DNA of 64,000 nucleotides from Carcharhinus longimanus (taxonomy: Eukaryota): the NCBI GenBank assembly GCA_030264375.1, contig JASCQW010000098.1, forward strand, positions 42,219,538 to 42,283,537. The letters are read 5' to 3'. The notes under the pieces were generated by a model. That model saw nothing but the letters and a program-made list of their open reading frames with translations, searched no databases and was not told where the DNA came from. The translations under genes were made by a program, and so were the position numbers. Of this stretch, positions 25,935 through 39,444 are shown in pieces (the first letter of the stretch is position 1; the number at the start of each line of letters is the position of its first letter).

Positions 25935-26800
25935 GGATTTGATTTGATTTATTATTGTCACCTGTATTGGGATACTATGAAAAATATTGTTTCTTGCGCA
26001 CTATACAGACAAAGCATACCATTCATAGAGAAGGAAAGGAGAGGGTGCAGAATGTAGTGTTACAGTCACAGATAGGGTGTAGAGAAAGATCAGCTTAATA
26101 TATGGTAGGTCCATTCAAAAGTCTGGTGGCAACAGGGAAGAAGCTGTTCTTGAGTCGGTTGGTACGTGACCTTAGACTTTTGCATATTTTTCCCAATTGA
26201 AGAAGGTGGAAGAGAGAATGTCAGGTGTCCTTGATTATGTTGGCTTCTGTTCTGAGGCAGTGGACAGGAGCTGGTTTGCATGACGGACTGAGCTTCATTC
26301 GCGACCCTATATAGTTTCTTGCAGACTTGGCCAGAGCAAGAGCCATACCAAGCTATGATACAGCCAAAAAGAATGCTTTCTATGGTGCATCTGTAAACGT
26401 TAGTGAGAATCGTAGTTAACGTGCCAAATTTCCTCATCTGAGAAAGCAGAGGTGTTGGTGGGCTTTCTTAACTATTGTGTTGGCATGGAGGGGAAACAGG
26501 ACAGTTTGTTCGTGATCTTGACACCTAAAAACCTAAAGTTTTCTACTTAGTCTCCATTGATTAGTGGCTTGTTCTCCACTACGCTTCTTGAAATCGATGA
26601 CTATCTGCTTCATTTTGTTGACATTGAGGGAGAGATTATTTTTGTTGCATCTGTACACCTGATTGTGTATCTCATTCCATCGAATTGTTTGAGATCTGAC
26701 CCGTATACAGTGGTGTCATTAGCAAACTTGAAAATCGAGTCGGAGGGGAATTTGGCCACGCAGTCGTAGGTTTTTAAGGAGTATAGTGGGGGACTATACA
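25935..26800 (-). mobile_element. Rex1/Babar LINE 3' fragment
   Basis: SPPLYSLKTYDCVAKFPSDSIFKFANDTTV; LTNVYRCTIESILFGCIIAWYGSCS; (ATTTG)n tail; another tail copy at 24652-24770. Confidence 0.85.
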
Positions 26801-27369
26801 TGGGATACCTGCCAGGACTGCATTGGAATAGTCGAAACTAGAAGTTAAAAAAACAAAATGATGATTTCAGCAGCAAATGAGCTACGTTGGGATGAAATTG
26901 GGGGAAGTTATGGAGATGGTTTTCGACAGTCTTGGTGACGGTGTGGATTTGTGCTTGGAATCTCAACTTTGGAGCAAATATAGCATCACAGTTGGGAACA
27001 ATGTGATTCGGTCTCAGACAGTTGCCAGGAAGAGAAGTAGAGACAATAGCAAGGGAGTTTGAAGCAGTGGTTAAAGACAATAGTTAAAGACAAAGTCTTA
27101 TCAAATATTTACTTATGTAATATATTAAAGAAAAAAATGTTTGGTAGTTGTGAATTGTGTGTAATTTGATGTAGGTGTTGAGCATTAAGTAGGAAATCAC
27201 TTGGTCTCCTGTACATAGGAGCATACTAGAAATACCTTTGTATTGAGGAGGTATATGTTTCTAATGTGTATATTTATGAATAAATGCTTATAAAAGTGTG
27301 TAAAGGTGGGTACTGTTTTATCCTGCACCATCAGGCTTTCTGGAGAGTAACATGTTTTATATTTTACAG

Positions 27370-27485
27370 GTCTTAAGGTCAATGGTGTTCAGTACACAGT
27401 TCATTTCATTCGGCGAGCACTTGAAAACACAGCCTTAAAGCTTGATGATATTGAAGTATTTGCACAAGGACACGGTGTACTTCAG
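27370..27485 (+). CDS. TPP2: TPP2 exon (~exon 12), [39 protein letters not shown]
   Basis: tacag|GT...CAG|gtata; 116 nt. Confidence 0.96.
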
Positions 27486-28029
27486 GTATATTTTTAATAT
27501 TGCATAGTTTTTTTAAATTCAGCTTAATGCACTAATTTTACTTTTGAAGAAAGTAAAATTAACTCTGCTACCAAAACCACGTTATTTGAGTTTTACAGAC
27601 TAGGTGAGGTACAGTTAGATGTGACATAATATGTTGTAGCCACTTGGGCAGAATTGTATCTATTTACAATTTAAGCTTGTATTTGTGTTATAAAATTGTA
27701 TGTCTTATTTTTAATTCCACCTATGTTGCAATCCAGCCCATTCGTTGCAAACAGAGATCCGTTATGGCTGCTAACTCTCGCAGGATTTGTGCGGAGAGAT
27801 TTCAGAATGAAATGTTGCCCAGTGAGAGCATGAATCTAACTATCATGAATGTAATTTAATTTACCTTCCAGATTCATTTTGTGTAACCCCCCCTGCCCTG
27901 CAAATTGGCATCAAATTTACTGTGGACTCCAAGCTATTGTCTCCTCTCCCCCATTTCCAGTCTGAATATATGGATACTAACCTTGCCATGTAACTGTGTT
28001 GGGTTTTACCTATTTCCAGTCGTGAGGAA

Positions 28030-28255
28030 ACCCGTGTGTCTGTGTGGAGTTCCTCTGGTTGCTCTGGCTTCCTCCCACGGTCCAAAGATGTGCAGGTTAG
28101 GTGGATTGGCCGTGCTAAATTGCCCTTCAGCATCAGAGGATTAGAAGGGTAAATACATGGGGGTGCAGGGATAGGGCCTGGGTTGGATTGTGATCGGTGC
28201 AGAAATGGTGGGCCAAATGGTCTCCTTCTGCACTGTAGGGGTCCTACGATTTTAT
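28030..28255 (+). mobile_element. 5'-truncated HE1-like SINE
   Basis: V core plus tail gtgggccaaatggtctccttctgcactgtagg. Confidence 0.8.
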
Positions 28256-28472
28256 GTGCCTTTTAGCTGCCACACCTGTCTCAAACTCACCAATCCTATT
28301 TCTACTGTTCTTCTCTCTTTCATCCCTTCTAGACCTATCACTCCTGTTCTCTCACCTCATTTCATTTCTCCCCTCTCAGGTAATCTGTTCTCCCATTCCA
28401 TACCCCAACTCCTTCAGAACGCTTTGAGCTTTGAACTCTCCTGTCTCAAGCTGGACTCCCTGTTGACAAAGA

Positions 28473-28640
28473 AAGTTTAATTAGTGTCACAAGTAGGCTT
28501 ACAATAACACTGCAATGAAGTTAATGTGAAAATCCCCTAGTTGCCACACTCCGGTGCTGTTTGGATACTCTGAGGGAGAACTTAGCATGACCAGTGCACC
28601 GAACAAGCACACTTTTCAGACTGTGGGAGGAAATTGGAAC
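28473..28640 (-). mobile_element. V-SINE 3' part (non-CR1 tail subfamily)
   Basis: Same tail as 3035-3130. Confidence 0.75.
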
Positions 28641-29117
28641 AAAAGAATAGGGTATGAGATATAATGTTGTAGTTACAGCTAGGGTGTGGAGAAAGATCGG
28701 TTTAATATAAGGCAGGTCCATTCAAAAGTCTGACGNNNNNNNNNNNNNNNNNNNNNNNNNNNNNNNNNNNNNNNNNNNNNNNNNNNNNNNNNNNNNNNNN
28801 NNNNNNNNNNNNNNNNNNNNNNNNNNNNNNNNNNNNNNNNNNNNNNNNNNNNNNNNNNNNNNNNNNNNNNNNNNNNNNNNNNNNNNNNNNNNNNNNNNNN
28901 NNNNNNNNNNNNNNNNNNNNNNNNNNNNNNNNNNNNNNNNNNNNNNNNNNNNNNNNNNNNNNNNNNNNNNNNNNNNNNNNNNNNNNNNNNNNNNNNNNNN
29001 NNNNNNNNNNNNNNNNNNNNNNNNNNNNNNNNNNNNNNNNNNNNNNNNNNNNNNNNNNNNNNNNNNNNNNNNNNNNNNNNNNNNNNNNNNNNNNNNNNNN
29101 NNNNNNNNNNNNNNNNT

Positions 29118-29468
29118 TGATGGGTATAGATAGAGTGAATGCAAGCAGGCTTTTTCCACTGAGGCTAGGGGAGAAAAAAACCAGAGGGCATGGATTAAGG
29201 GTGAAAGGAGAAAAGTTTAAAGGGAATATTAGGGGGGGACTTCTTCACGCAGAGAGTGGTGGGACTGGAATGAGCTGCCAGATAAAGTGGTAAATGTGGG
29301 GTCACTTTTAACATTTAAAAGAAACTTGGACGGGTTTGTGGATGAGAGGGGTGTGGAGGGATATGGTTCAATTGCAGGTCAGTGGGACTAGGCAGAAAAA
29401 TGGTTTGGCGCAGACAAGAGGGGCCAAAAGGCCTATTTCTGAGCTGTAATTTTCTATGGTTTTCTTTG
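29118..29468 (+). mobile_element. CR1 LINE 3' end
   Basis: ttcttcacgcagagagtggtg...tggaatgagctgcca; CR1 tail. Confidence 0.8.
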
Positions 29469-30485
29469 GATATGAGTATTCTGGTGTGTAATTTTATTTG
29501 GACAAGTGTTGATATAGGAGAGGTAGATATAGGAGAGATGTATTTATTTCTAGTGAAGAAATGTGTAAATGCTGCCTTAGCTGGGTGAGGAGCCCGTGGA
29601 GATTTCTTCATTGAGTATGGTTTGCTGAGTTTCTTAGAAGAGGTTTCATTCTGAGAGGTCACTTTGTTTCATTGAAAGAAAATACAAAGCAAATGCATCA
29701 AACAGGTCATTAGCGTCAGCTAGTCTATTGGAATTCCTATTATTTGTGAGAAGATAATTCCAAACATTTTTGTTCACACTATTCCAAAAATCCTGTAACC
29801 CATTTTCCTTCTTCACCTTATCCAATCTAATCTTTATTGTTGACATAGAATTTTGACTCAATTACTTGGAAAGAATCGCAATGGTAGCCTTGGTAAGTGT
29901 GATTGTTTCTGATATTGTTTGTTTAGTCTGTGGAGAGAGCTGATGGTCAGATGATTTCTCTGTCTTCCAGCTTGAGATGATTATTTGGTTTGATGTTTGG
30001 CCCTTTGCATGATGATCTACAATGTCATGTTAAGTTTACCACCCTATCTATAGATTTATTACCTTTCAGTGCTACAACGACGTACCATTGTTAACACAGA
30101 ATAGATGTCAATGTTGTTCCTGAAATTTTGGGGCTAGCCCTTCAAAATATTGCAAGACCCTTAGCCAGTCTTTATACCAGGTTATTCAAGAAGGCTCACC
30201 TTCTCAACTTTGCCCCTCGCCTGAAGTACGGTGATCCTGAAGTTAAATCACCACTAGTCAGCTCTTCCCCTCAAAAGGGAGAGCAGCCTATGGTCACCTG
30301 GGACAATGGTGACTTTACCTTTTACCTATCTCAGTACTGCCAAGCCCCAGATCACATCCCCAATTTTTACAAATCCTAGAATTGTCCCCAGTGCTGTTAA
30401 ATCAGTGTCCCTGGTAATATTATTGGACATAATACATACTTTATAAAATATCTGATTCAGCATATGAAACTTATTTTCTTATTAG

Positions 30486-30657
30486 GTTGATAAAGCTTAT
30501 GACTACCTCATACAAAATTCATCCATGAGTAGCAATAATTTGGGATTTAACATTGCTATTGGCAACCAACGTGGGATCTACCTCCGAGATCCTGCACATC
30601 TAGCTTCACCTTCAGATCATGGAGTTGGCATAGAACCAGTGTTTCCAGAAAATGCAG
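30486..30657 (+). CDS. TPP2: TPP2 exon (~exon 13), [57 protein letters not shown]
   Basis: attag|GTT...GCAG|gtaag; 172 nt, one codon longer than the human segment as recalled. Confidence 0.96.
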
Positions 30658-31149
30658 GTAAGATTCTCTGATCACTCTTAGGGCATTAATTTTATGAATT
30701 AGAATTACAGATGCAACAGTATCAATATTGTGGGGGGAAAAACCTTGCGTTTAGTATAATAATGTTGTTGCCATTACAGAGACTTGGNNNNNNNNNNNNN
30801 NNNNNNNNNNNNNNNNNNNNNNNNNNNNNNNNNNNNNNNNNNNNNNNNNNNNNNNNNNNNNNNNNNNNNNNNNNNNNNNNNNNNNNNCACCTCTGACTTT
30901 GGGCAATGCCGCTTGAGGTTCAGAAATCATTGGACCTTTCACCCTCTCACCTTAAACACCCCCTGACCCAATTCCCCAATCCAGCCTCTTCCCCGGCACC
31001 CCAGTCATCGACTTTCCACCGCTCAGGTCCTCCCTACCCTTCCTGCCCTGGGACCCACAAAACATACCTGGCCACCTGGTCTCGGGGTTTAGGCTCCAGT
31101 GTGTTTAAGTCATTCCTTGTTGTCCAATGCAGCTGGTTTCTGTGACAGT

Positions 31150-31656
31150 TAGGTGATGTGTAGGCTTTGGAGAAGGTACAGAAAAGATTTACCAGGATGC
31201 TGTCTGATTTGGAGGGCATTAGCTATGAAGAGGGGTTGGTTTGTTTTCACTGAACGATGGAGGTTGAGGGGTGATCTGATGGAAACTACAAGATTATGAG
31301 GGGCATGGAGAGAGTGGATAGTCAGAAGATTTTTCCCAGGGTGGAAGACTAAATTACTAGGGGGCATAGGTTTAGAGTGCAAGGGGCAAAGTTTAAAGGA
31401 GATGTACGATGCAAGTTTTTTACACAGAGATTTGTGGGTGCCTGGAACTCACTGCCATGTGAGGTAGAGGAAGCGGATATGATAGTGACTTTTAAGGGGC
31501 ATCTTAACAAATACATGAATAGAATGGGAATAGAGAGATATGATTTGCAGAAGGGTAGGAGGTTTTAGTTCAGATAGGTTGCGTGGTTGGTGCAGGGTTA
31601 GAGGGCCGAAGGGCCTGTTCCTGTGCTGTAATTTTCTTTGTTCTCTTTGTTCTTTG
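31150..31656 (+). mobile_element. CR1 LINE 3' end
   Basis: GAKFKGDVRCKFFTQRFVGAWNSLP; tail gggccgaagggcctgttcctgtgctgtaa(ttctttg)n. Confidence 0.88.
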
Positions 31657-33583
31657 GTCTGTATGGGGATTGCAATACTACCTTAAAAGAAAGGAATCCT
31701 CATGAGATACTGATGCAAGGGATAAAATTTCACTTTTTAAAACTTACTGTAAAAGTCAAACCCGACATCAATGTAAAATTAAACATTCATTAAGAGACAG
31801 GTGGTGTTTCAACAGATGCAATGAATTTCACTTTAAAGAATCAATACAACAAAGATAGGTCTCACAAAAGTATAAGCATTCCCTGTGCTTCACCCCCAAC
31901 CTCCCCAGTACTTACAGCATTGGTTTCACTACCATATCACAAAGCTTTGTGTTTCTCAGCTGGAGATTTAATTCCCGTAATCGTACAGGAGGTAGGCCCG
32001 AAGTCCAATCAGACAGCAGTTTTACTGTACCCAATTTCTGCTGGCCTTTAAAAAACGCACCCTTCCAGACATTCACTGCGCAGTACACAGAATCAACCTT
32101 TTGATCTTCGTTTCCGAAGACTTACTTCCTTATCTGCTCCACAGCTCCACTATTCTGTTACTCTCAAGCCCAACCGGTTTTTGTTCTCTTTCTTCTGAAT
32201 AGAAACTGACAAGAATTCTGTGTGAGAGGCTGCTGCACACCACAACCATGCTAAAATTCAAATTCCAATTGGCTACGATTTGTCCTTCCTGGCTATCAAC
32301 CCCTATCTCCATAGCAATGTTAAATCATCCAGTTTGCCTCTTATCTGAATCAAGCCCCCTCTTAACTTCAAGTTTCTCCTTCACGCCACATACCCCACGA
32401 ACAAAAGAACCCCCCCCTCAACCCCCAACCCCAACCACTATTACCATCACCGCATAAATACCACCCCTGCCTACCACTCCGCAAAAAAAAGATTAACATG
32501 AATAAAAATCAAAAATCTCAAGAGGACAACAAACCACAATATAAAGGCAAGGGTAACAAGGGTTTGACGTAAGCCTAACGAAAAGTGGCTGAGCAAGAGA
32601 AAAAAGGGACACATCCTCCCTCTCTCTGAACTCAAAGACGTATGGCAAACTGAGGGTCAGGATTACTAGTCTAGTGACAATACCACTACACCATTGCATC
32701 CCCCTGATTGGGTTAAGATGAGCATTAATATTACAAGTTTGGTGACTGTAAAATAGCTTGTAGTGAAGATAACGCTTAAAATTCTGTTTTCGTAACTAGA
32801 TAAACAATATTAGGAACATGGGAAACATCTCCCAATTTAAAAAATCTAGCACTGAAGCTGTTGTTGATATTCAGTTTGTACTAATTGTGTCAACAATAAA
32901 CAATCTAAAATATTCTCACAGAAATATAGACTTGTATCCAAGAATATTAGGTGTCTGTATGGATTCAGTATTACCACTCACTTATTGATTAAAATGAGTT
33001 ATAAAGTCCAGAAGGATATTTTAAATTGCAAATGCATTGAGAAAGGCAGCCTTTAGTTCAACACAGTGGTGGGTTTTATTTCAGGTGCATTTCTGTTTCA
33101 CAGGGATGTAGTCCTGGAAGAGAGAGTCCTATCCAAAGGCAGTCAGTTGATACAAGAGCCAGAATGCTTGAATAATATAATTATTCATGTTTTTATTTAT
33201 AAAATGGGCAAATAAATGTGTAGCCTGGAAAACAACTAAGTACTATCCCAGCTCTTTCTTATTAAACAGTTGCATTTTCTACTCTTGAAACACAGCTTCA
33301 ATCAGTTCAACAGTAAGACAAGACATTACCTGGTAGAACAAAAGTTCAATGACTTATCTTGAGTTATACCATAGGAGATTCATGAACATGTATATACACT
33401 CATGTACATGTATTGGATCCATCACACTCCAGACATTTCTCTTTTTTAATAACAATACATGGGCAGTTTAATGCTCATATTGTTTGTCAAAGATTTATGG
33501 CTGTATAACCCTTTTACCAACAATGTAGTTAGAATTTAAAGGGCAGTGCTTGACTTAATGATTTTTTTTTCAAATTTTGGTAG

Positions 33584-33741
33584 AAAACTCTGAACGAATA
33601 TGTCTGCAGCTTCACTTAGCTTTGACGTGCAATGCATCATGGATTCAGTGCCCCAGTCACTTGGAGCTGATGAATCAATGTAGACATGTTACCATACGAG
33701 TGGATCCACGTGGCCTTCGTGAAGGAGTGCATTTTACTGAG
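33584..33741 (+). CDS. TPP2: TPP2 exon (~exon 14), [53 protein letters not shown]
   Basis: ggtag|AA...GAG|gtatc; 158 nt; visible in ORF 33577..33759. Confidence 0.97.
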
Positions 33742-34472
33742 GTATCTAGTACCAGATAATACCTTTAAGAAATTACGCAGTATATTCTGTTTTATAAAAA
33801 TATTTCTATGCTTGCTTTCTCCAAAAAGAAACAGCACTTGAGAAGCTGCATTCATATTTTGTGAAGGGGAAGAGAAGCTGGTTCCTTGAGCATAAAATAG
33901 GCAGCATCGGAATGGCAGCCCATTATATACACTAATATTGAACTCACTGAAGAGGAAATCAAACAGAGTGTGAAACAAACAGTTTTACATCCCTGCCAAA
34001 GTCAAAAGTTGCAACCAGTATTTTCTTGCAATAAAATTAATGTTCAAGATTTACGACAGAACAGTTATAATTTTGAGTTTTTTGGTAGTGCAACTTTTAT
34101 GGATTGTCAAGAATATGAGATGCTTTGTTTGTCGGAGGTTTAAGGTGAGGTCCACATGGACTGGTTAGCCTGAAGGGTCTGTTTCCATGCTGTATTGCTC
34201 TGTGACTCTATGAAACCTAGAAAACTGCAACAAATTCTGTGTTGTGCAATTGTATAGTAATTCAGACTGAAGTTGAAAATGATTGATCATGCAGAGTGAA
34301 AATTCTCCAATGCACATTAAAAACGTTTGTTTTGAAATGCCTACTCTGTTCTGTTTAGATTCACTTATAGTTAATTATGTTTTAATTTTTTGAATGCAGA
34401 CAATATAATAACGTTCTATTGCATTGCAGCAGGTGTGATTTAGTTCTTTTACTATTTATTGATTTATTGCAG

Positions 34473-34549
34473 GTTTGTGGGTATGACATCACTGCTCCTA
34501 ACGCAGGCCCCTTATTTAGACTCCCAGTAACTGTCACAATACCAGTAAG
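34473..34549 (+). CDS. TPP2: TPP2 exon (~exon 15), VCGYDITAPNAGPLFRLPVTVTIPVR
   Basis: tgcag|GTT...GTAAG|gttagt; 77 nt. Confidence 0.95.
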
Positions 34550-37500
34550 GTTAGTAAGCCTTCTTGTTTATTGATTCATTTTCCAGTATGGTTGATCTGG
34601 AGAAAATGCTGCTGCTGAGCAGAGGCTGGCATAAAGATTTGATAAACGTAACGGCCAGAGTTTTCCAGCCTTCAGGCTGGTGGGATCAGAAGGTCTTTCT
34701 AGTGTGAATAATGCCTTCAATGACTCACTGGCTCCAGGCTGTCAGCGGATTTTCTGGAATTTTCCAGACGATGAGCTGCAGTCTGAACCCAGCAAACATG
34801 CTTTAATATGCCAGTCAAATTCTGAGTGACTTCTAGCTGTGCAGATTTTTAGAACCTGCCTTGAATAGACAGGCCATTTAAAATAGCTTACTAATGGAGT
34901 GCTACATTATATATTCTGTGTTATTGTGCTCCTACCATTACAATATAGTTTGCCATGACAGAATAGCATTAACATCAATCTTCCAATTGTCAGAAGTCAT
35001 ATCAGAGAGGGTGATAATGAGATTCAGTCAGGAAAAGGGGAAAATAGAACAGGACTTTGTGGGCTAGTAGACAGATGAGGTTTTGGACAGGATGAAGGGA
35101 CAGTGAGGGTGGAGCAAAAGAAGGAAAACCAGTTAGACAACGAATGGGTTGCCAGGGAAAATTTCTCTGACTTAGTTTTATGATTGTGGGAGTTCCACAG
35201 CAATTACATTTCTTAATAGGCATGAAGCCATTATCTCCCTGATGTTTGGGTAGCACAGAACTTAAATATTGCTGAAAAGAGAGGCATTTTGCTGAAGCTT
35301 TGTGTCTTCCACTCATCAGGACAGTCACAAAATTGCCATATTCTAAAGGATCACAACAATTTCTGCTGTAGGAGAAAAGGGGACTGACTGGTTGGCCTGA
35401 TTGGCCGAAGCATTGTCTCCTTTTGGGGAGAATGCTCCCCACCTTTCAAGAATCGCATGTCGGCCATTCCCCAGGATTCGTACANNNNNNNNNNNNNNNN
35501 NNNNNNNNNNNNNNNNNNNNNNNNNNNNNNNNNNNNNNNNNNNNNNNNNNNNNNNNNNNNNNNNNNNNNNNNNNNNNNNNNNNNNNNNNNNNNNNNNNNN
35601 NNNNNNNNNNNNNNNNNNNNNNNNNNNNNNNNNNNNNNNNNNNNNNNNNNNNNNNNNNNNNNNNNNNNNNNNNNNNNNNNNNNNNNNNNNNNNNNNNNNN
35701 NNNNNNNNNNNNNNNNNNNNNNNNNNNNNNNNNNNNNNNNNNNNNNNNNNNNNNNNNNNNNNNNNNNNNNNNNNNNNNNNNNNNNNNNNNNNNNNNNNNN
35801 NNNNNNNNNNNNNNNNNNNNNNNNNNNNNNNNNNNNNNNNNNNNNNNNNNNNNNNNNNNNNNNNNNNNNNNNNNNNNNNNNNNNNNNNNNNNNNNNNNNN
35901 NNNNNNNNNNNNNNNNNNNNNNNNNNNNNNNNNNNNNNNNNNNNNNNNNNNNNNNNNNNNNNNNNNNNNNNNNNNNNNNNNNNNNNNNNNNNNNNNNNNN
36001 NNNNNNNNNNNNNNNNNNNNNNNNNNNNNNNNNNNNNNNNNNNNNNNNNNNNNNNNNNNNNNNNNNNNNNNNNNNNNNNNNNNNNNNNNNNNNNNNNNNN
36101 NNNNNNNNNNNNNNNNNNNNNNNNNNNNNNNNNNNNNNNNNNNNNNNNNNNNNNNNNNNNNNNNNNNNNNNNNNNNNNNNNNNNNNNNNNNNNNNNNNNN
36201 NNNNNNNNNNNNNNNNNNNNNNNNNNNNNNNNNNNNNNNNNNNNNNNNNNNNNNNNNNNNNNNNNNNNNNNNNNNNNNNNNNNNNNNNNNNNNNNNNNNN
36301 NNNNNNNNNNNNNNNNNNNNNNNNNNNNNNNNNNNNNNNNNNNNNNNNNNNNNNNNNNNNNNNNNNNNNNNNNNNNNNNNNNNNNNNNNNNNNNNNNNNN
36401 NNNNNNGAAAAATTTTGATGCCTGTCTTTTCAGCAACATTGCCAGTTTGGGACCACTGCAGAGTTCCAGCCCCAGTTTCCATCATGGTCCCGACTACGAC
36501 TGTTCCCCAACTGTGGGAGACATGCGTGCATGTACGAATCCTGGGGAATGGCCGACATGCGATTCTCCTGACTGGACCCCCCCAAAAAATTTGCGGATCG
36601 CAATGGGAGAATCGCCCCTGTGATTTCTTTTCTTCCCCCTGCATAGACCCTTGAAGAGTCTGCCGAAAATGAACAGCTTTAATGCTGTTGACCTGCTTCA
36701 GCCAAGCTCTTAAGAGTTCTACCAGGATTGAAGTAGACATTTGAAAATACTGAAATCTATCTCTTCCACTAGATTTTGGGTTGAAATCCTCTAATCGTCC
36801 CCACCTCACTATTTTCATCATCAGTCCCTGAAAATCTCTTGCCACTAATAATTCATTCTTGCTGTGATGGTCATTCGCGTACCTCTATAGACTGTTGGCT
36901 TCCCCGCAATGGCCTTATTCACGTAAGTGATAATTTCCCATCCTGTTCTTCCTTCTCATGCAGTCCACAACTTCACTTCCTTAAGTCTGAATTGAAACCT
37001 GCAAACTCGAGGGCTGCTGGTGTGTGACTGGTCTCCTTATTCAAAATTAGATTTGGCTGGGTCATTTTGAAGACTTCAACCAAATCCTCTTAATGCAATC
37101 ATCCTTAATCAGGAACAATTCAGCATTCTTTTTTTAAATAGCGAGCCATCTTCTTAAACTCCTCATATTTCCTTTCCTGCACTCCCGTTATCCTCATCTC
37201 CAGTACCAACAAAAGCCCATCATTTTTTCATCACTTGTTGTCACCATCTCGCTTCAGTTACAATCTCTCATCCATCCTATCTCAAGAACAAGAAAAAAGA
37301 AAATTACAGCACAGGACAGACCCTTAGGCCCTCCAAGCCTGCACCAACCATGCTGCCTGACTGAACTAAAACCCGCTACTGTTCCGGAGATCATACCCCA
37401 CTATTCCTATACTAAAAGAACAAAGAAAATTATAACACAGGCACAGGCCAACACCCCATACCTCACTCTTCTGACTGCTTCCAACCAGCTATAGTCTCAT

Positions 37501-37874
37501 CCCTAATCTGTCATCATTCTTCAGATTCTCTCTGATCTTCCCATTCTCTCTAAACTTGATTCATTTCCTGTTCTCTTGATTGATCCCTTATTCAATTCCT
37601 CAACACTCAGCCGGCACGCATGGGCACCCATGCTTATTGGCCGTATTAATTGTCCTCTTTGTTTTGGCACCTTCTTTCAGAACTGCTGTTAAAACTTCTT
37701 CTTCAATAAGTTCACTCTTGTCTCATTTGCCATTTATACATATTCTAGTGTTGTCACCATCCTGCTGACAACACTAGAATATGTATAATTAAATAACATC
37801 TTTTAGATTCTCTGGATTAGATTCAGATTCACTCCGAATTGCATTATAACAAATACATTTTTTTTTGGTTACAG

Positions 37875-37981
37875 GTTACATGAAACCTCTGGTTATGAGC
37901 TTGCATACAATGATGTTTATTTTAAGCCTGGTCAAATTAGACGACACTTTATTGAAGTACCTTGGGGTGCTACTTGGGCTG
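37875..37981 (+). CDS. TPP2: TPP2 exon (~exon 16), LHETSGYELAYNDVYFKPGQIRRHFIEVPWGATWA
   Basis: tacag|G...GCTG|gtaag; 107 nt. Confidence 0.96.
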
Positions 37982-38124
37982 GTAAGAGAATCATTTTATG
38001 TAGAAAAAAAATTTCAACAATTTTTTATTTTAGATTTTTATTTTATCTTTAAACCTTTATAGTTGGGAATAGGGTAAATTTCTTGTTTTGTTGAATACTA
38101 ACCCCGGGTCGAAATTATGGAAAT

Positions 38125-38275
38125 CTCTCCCTATCAGCACTGCTGGCGTACCTACACCACGTGGACTGCAATGACTCAAGAAGGTAGCTCACCACCACCT
38201 CTCAAGGGCAATTCAGGGTGGGCAATAAAAACACGGACTAGCCAGTGATGTCCAAGCCTGTGAAAAAATGAATAA
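38125..38275 (+). mobile_element. 3' tail of a second CR1-clade LINE family (same as 43470-44580)
   Basis: ctcaagaaggtagctcaccaccacctctcaagggcaattcagggtgggcaataaa. Confidence 0.7.
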
Positions 38276-38803
38276 ACATCTATCACCTCAAATGTGAAAT
38301 CTGGCAAAATGGTCTCCCATCATAAGTGATAGAATAGTGTTTTTACTAATGCACCTATGGAAGGAAGACAGTAGGATTAGCTTTTTAGCCCAGCTTGCTC
38401 TCTCACATTTTGACTGGGATTTCAGCAATACAGAGGCCACCCTCCCCAGGCAGGTGGGAGACTAATCCAAATGGAAAAGTTGAGGCCTGGCGTTTTTGCT
38501 GGCGCTAATCAGTAATTGGTATTGGGCCAAAAGAGGCCCAGGTAAATTTATTTTACATTTTCCTCTTGGCCTAACAGTTAAACTGCTGCTATTCCAGAAA
38601 GCAAACCTTGGACTTCCTGTCTCAGCTTTCCCTCTCACCTTCTCCAACTGAGCTGCAAAAGATAGATAATACAAAACTTCCAATCAAAGAAAAGTCTTCT
38701 TCACTACCATAATTATGCACAGCTATTTTCTAGCCATTTCAATAAAAGAGAAGTGGTTGTGTCTATTTCTGCTTGCTTTAACACTTCAGTTTCTTTTATA
38801 CAG

Positions 38804-38958
38804 AGGTCATCATATCTTCACTTTCATCTGATGTTTCCTCAAAATTTGTCCTTCATGCTGTTCAACTTGAAAAACAAAAGGCCTATCGTACTAATGAGTT
38901 TTATAAATTCACATCACTTACGGAGAAAGGATCATGTTGTGAGGCTTTTCCAGTTTTG
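38804..38958 (+). CDS. TPP2: TPP2 exon (~exon 17), [52 protein letters not shown]
   Basis: tacag|AG...TTG|gtgag; 155 nt. Confidence 0.96.
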
Positions 38959-39066
38959 GTGAGCACAAATTTGACAATGTAGTAAAAGCTTTCTGACTTT
39001 TCACAACTAAACTCTGAGAACTTAGTTTTTAAGATGTATGTTTCTGTTTTGTTTTACTGTTTCTAG

Positions 39067-39183
39067 TATGGCAAAACTCTGGAATTTTGCATTGCCCGTT
39101 GGTGGGCCAGTCTTGGTGATGTCAACATCAACTACACAATTTCCTTCCATGGCCTTCTTTGCACTCCCTCCCAGCTACACATT
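39067..39183 (+). CDS. TPP2: TPP2 exon (~exon 18), [39 protein letters not shown]
   Basis: tctag|TAT...ATT|gtaag; 117 nt; preceded by a 108-nt intron. Confidence 0.96.
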
Positions 39184-39444
39184 GTAAGTTCTTTATATTC
39201 CGGTGTGAAGAAAACAAATATTTTAGGTTTTATTTGGAGTATGATAGCTCTGCAGATCAAATTTTGTTAATATTGTATGCAGTTCAGGTTTGTTGCAGAA
39301 TTAGATCATGTGACATAGATTTTAATTGTTCATTTGCATACAAAACTTGCAAACCCCATCTCAAATCAAGAATATTAATTATTTACTGTACTTTCAAACT
39401 TGAGAATATTTGCATATGCTGTATAAAGTTTTCTTAATGTAATA

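Noticed and set aside
31711-32449. Possible solo LTR (TGATG...CATCA)
   Set aside because: No matching TSD and no second copy; cannot be supported.
33742-33750. Donor gtatctag as a U12-type intron
   Set aside because: It does not match the GTATCCTT consensus, and I saw no TCCTTAAC branch site before 34473.
35343-36845. Long ORFs of 330-500 aa in the ORF track (similar ones at 16764-17537 and 28722-29159)
   Set aside because: They are mostly X residues read through N gaps.
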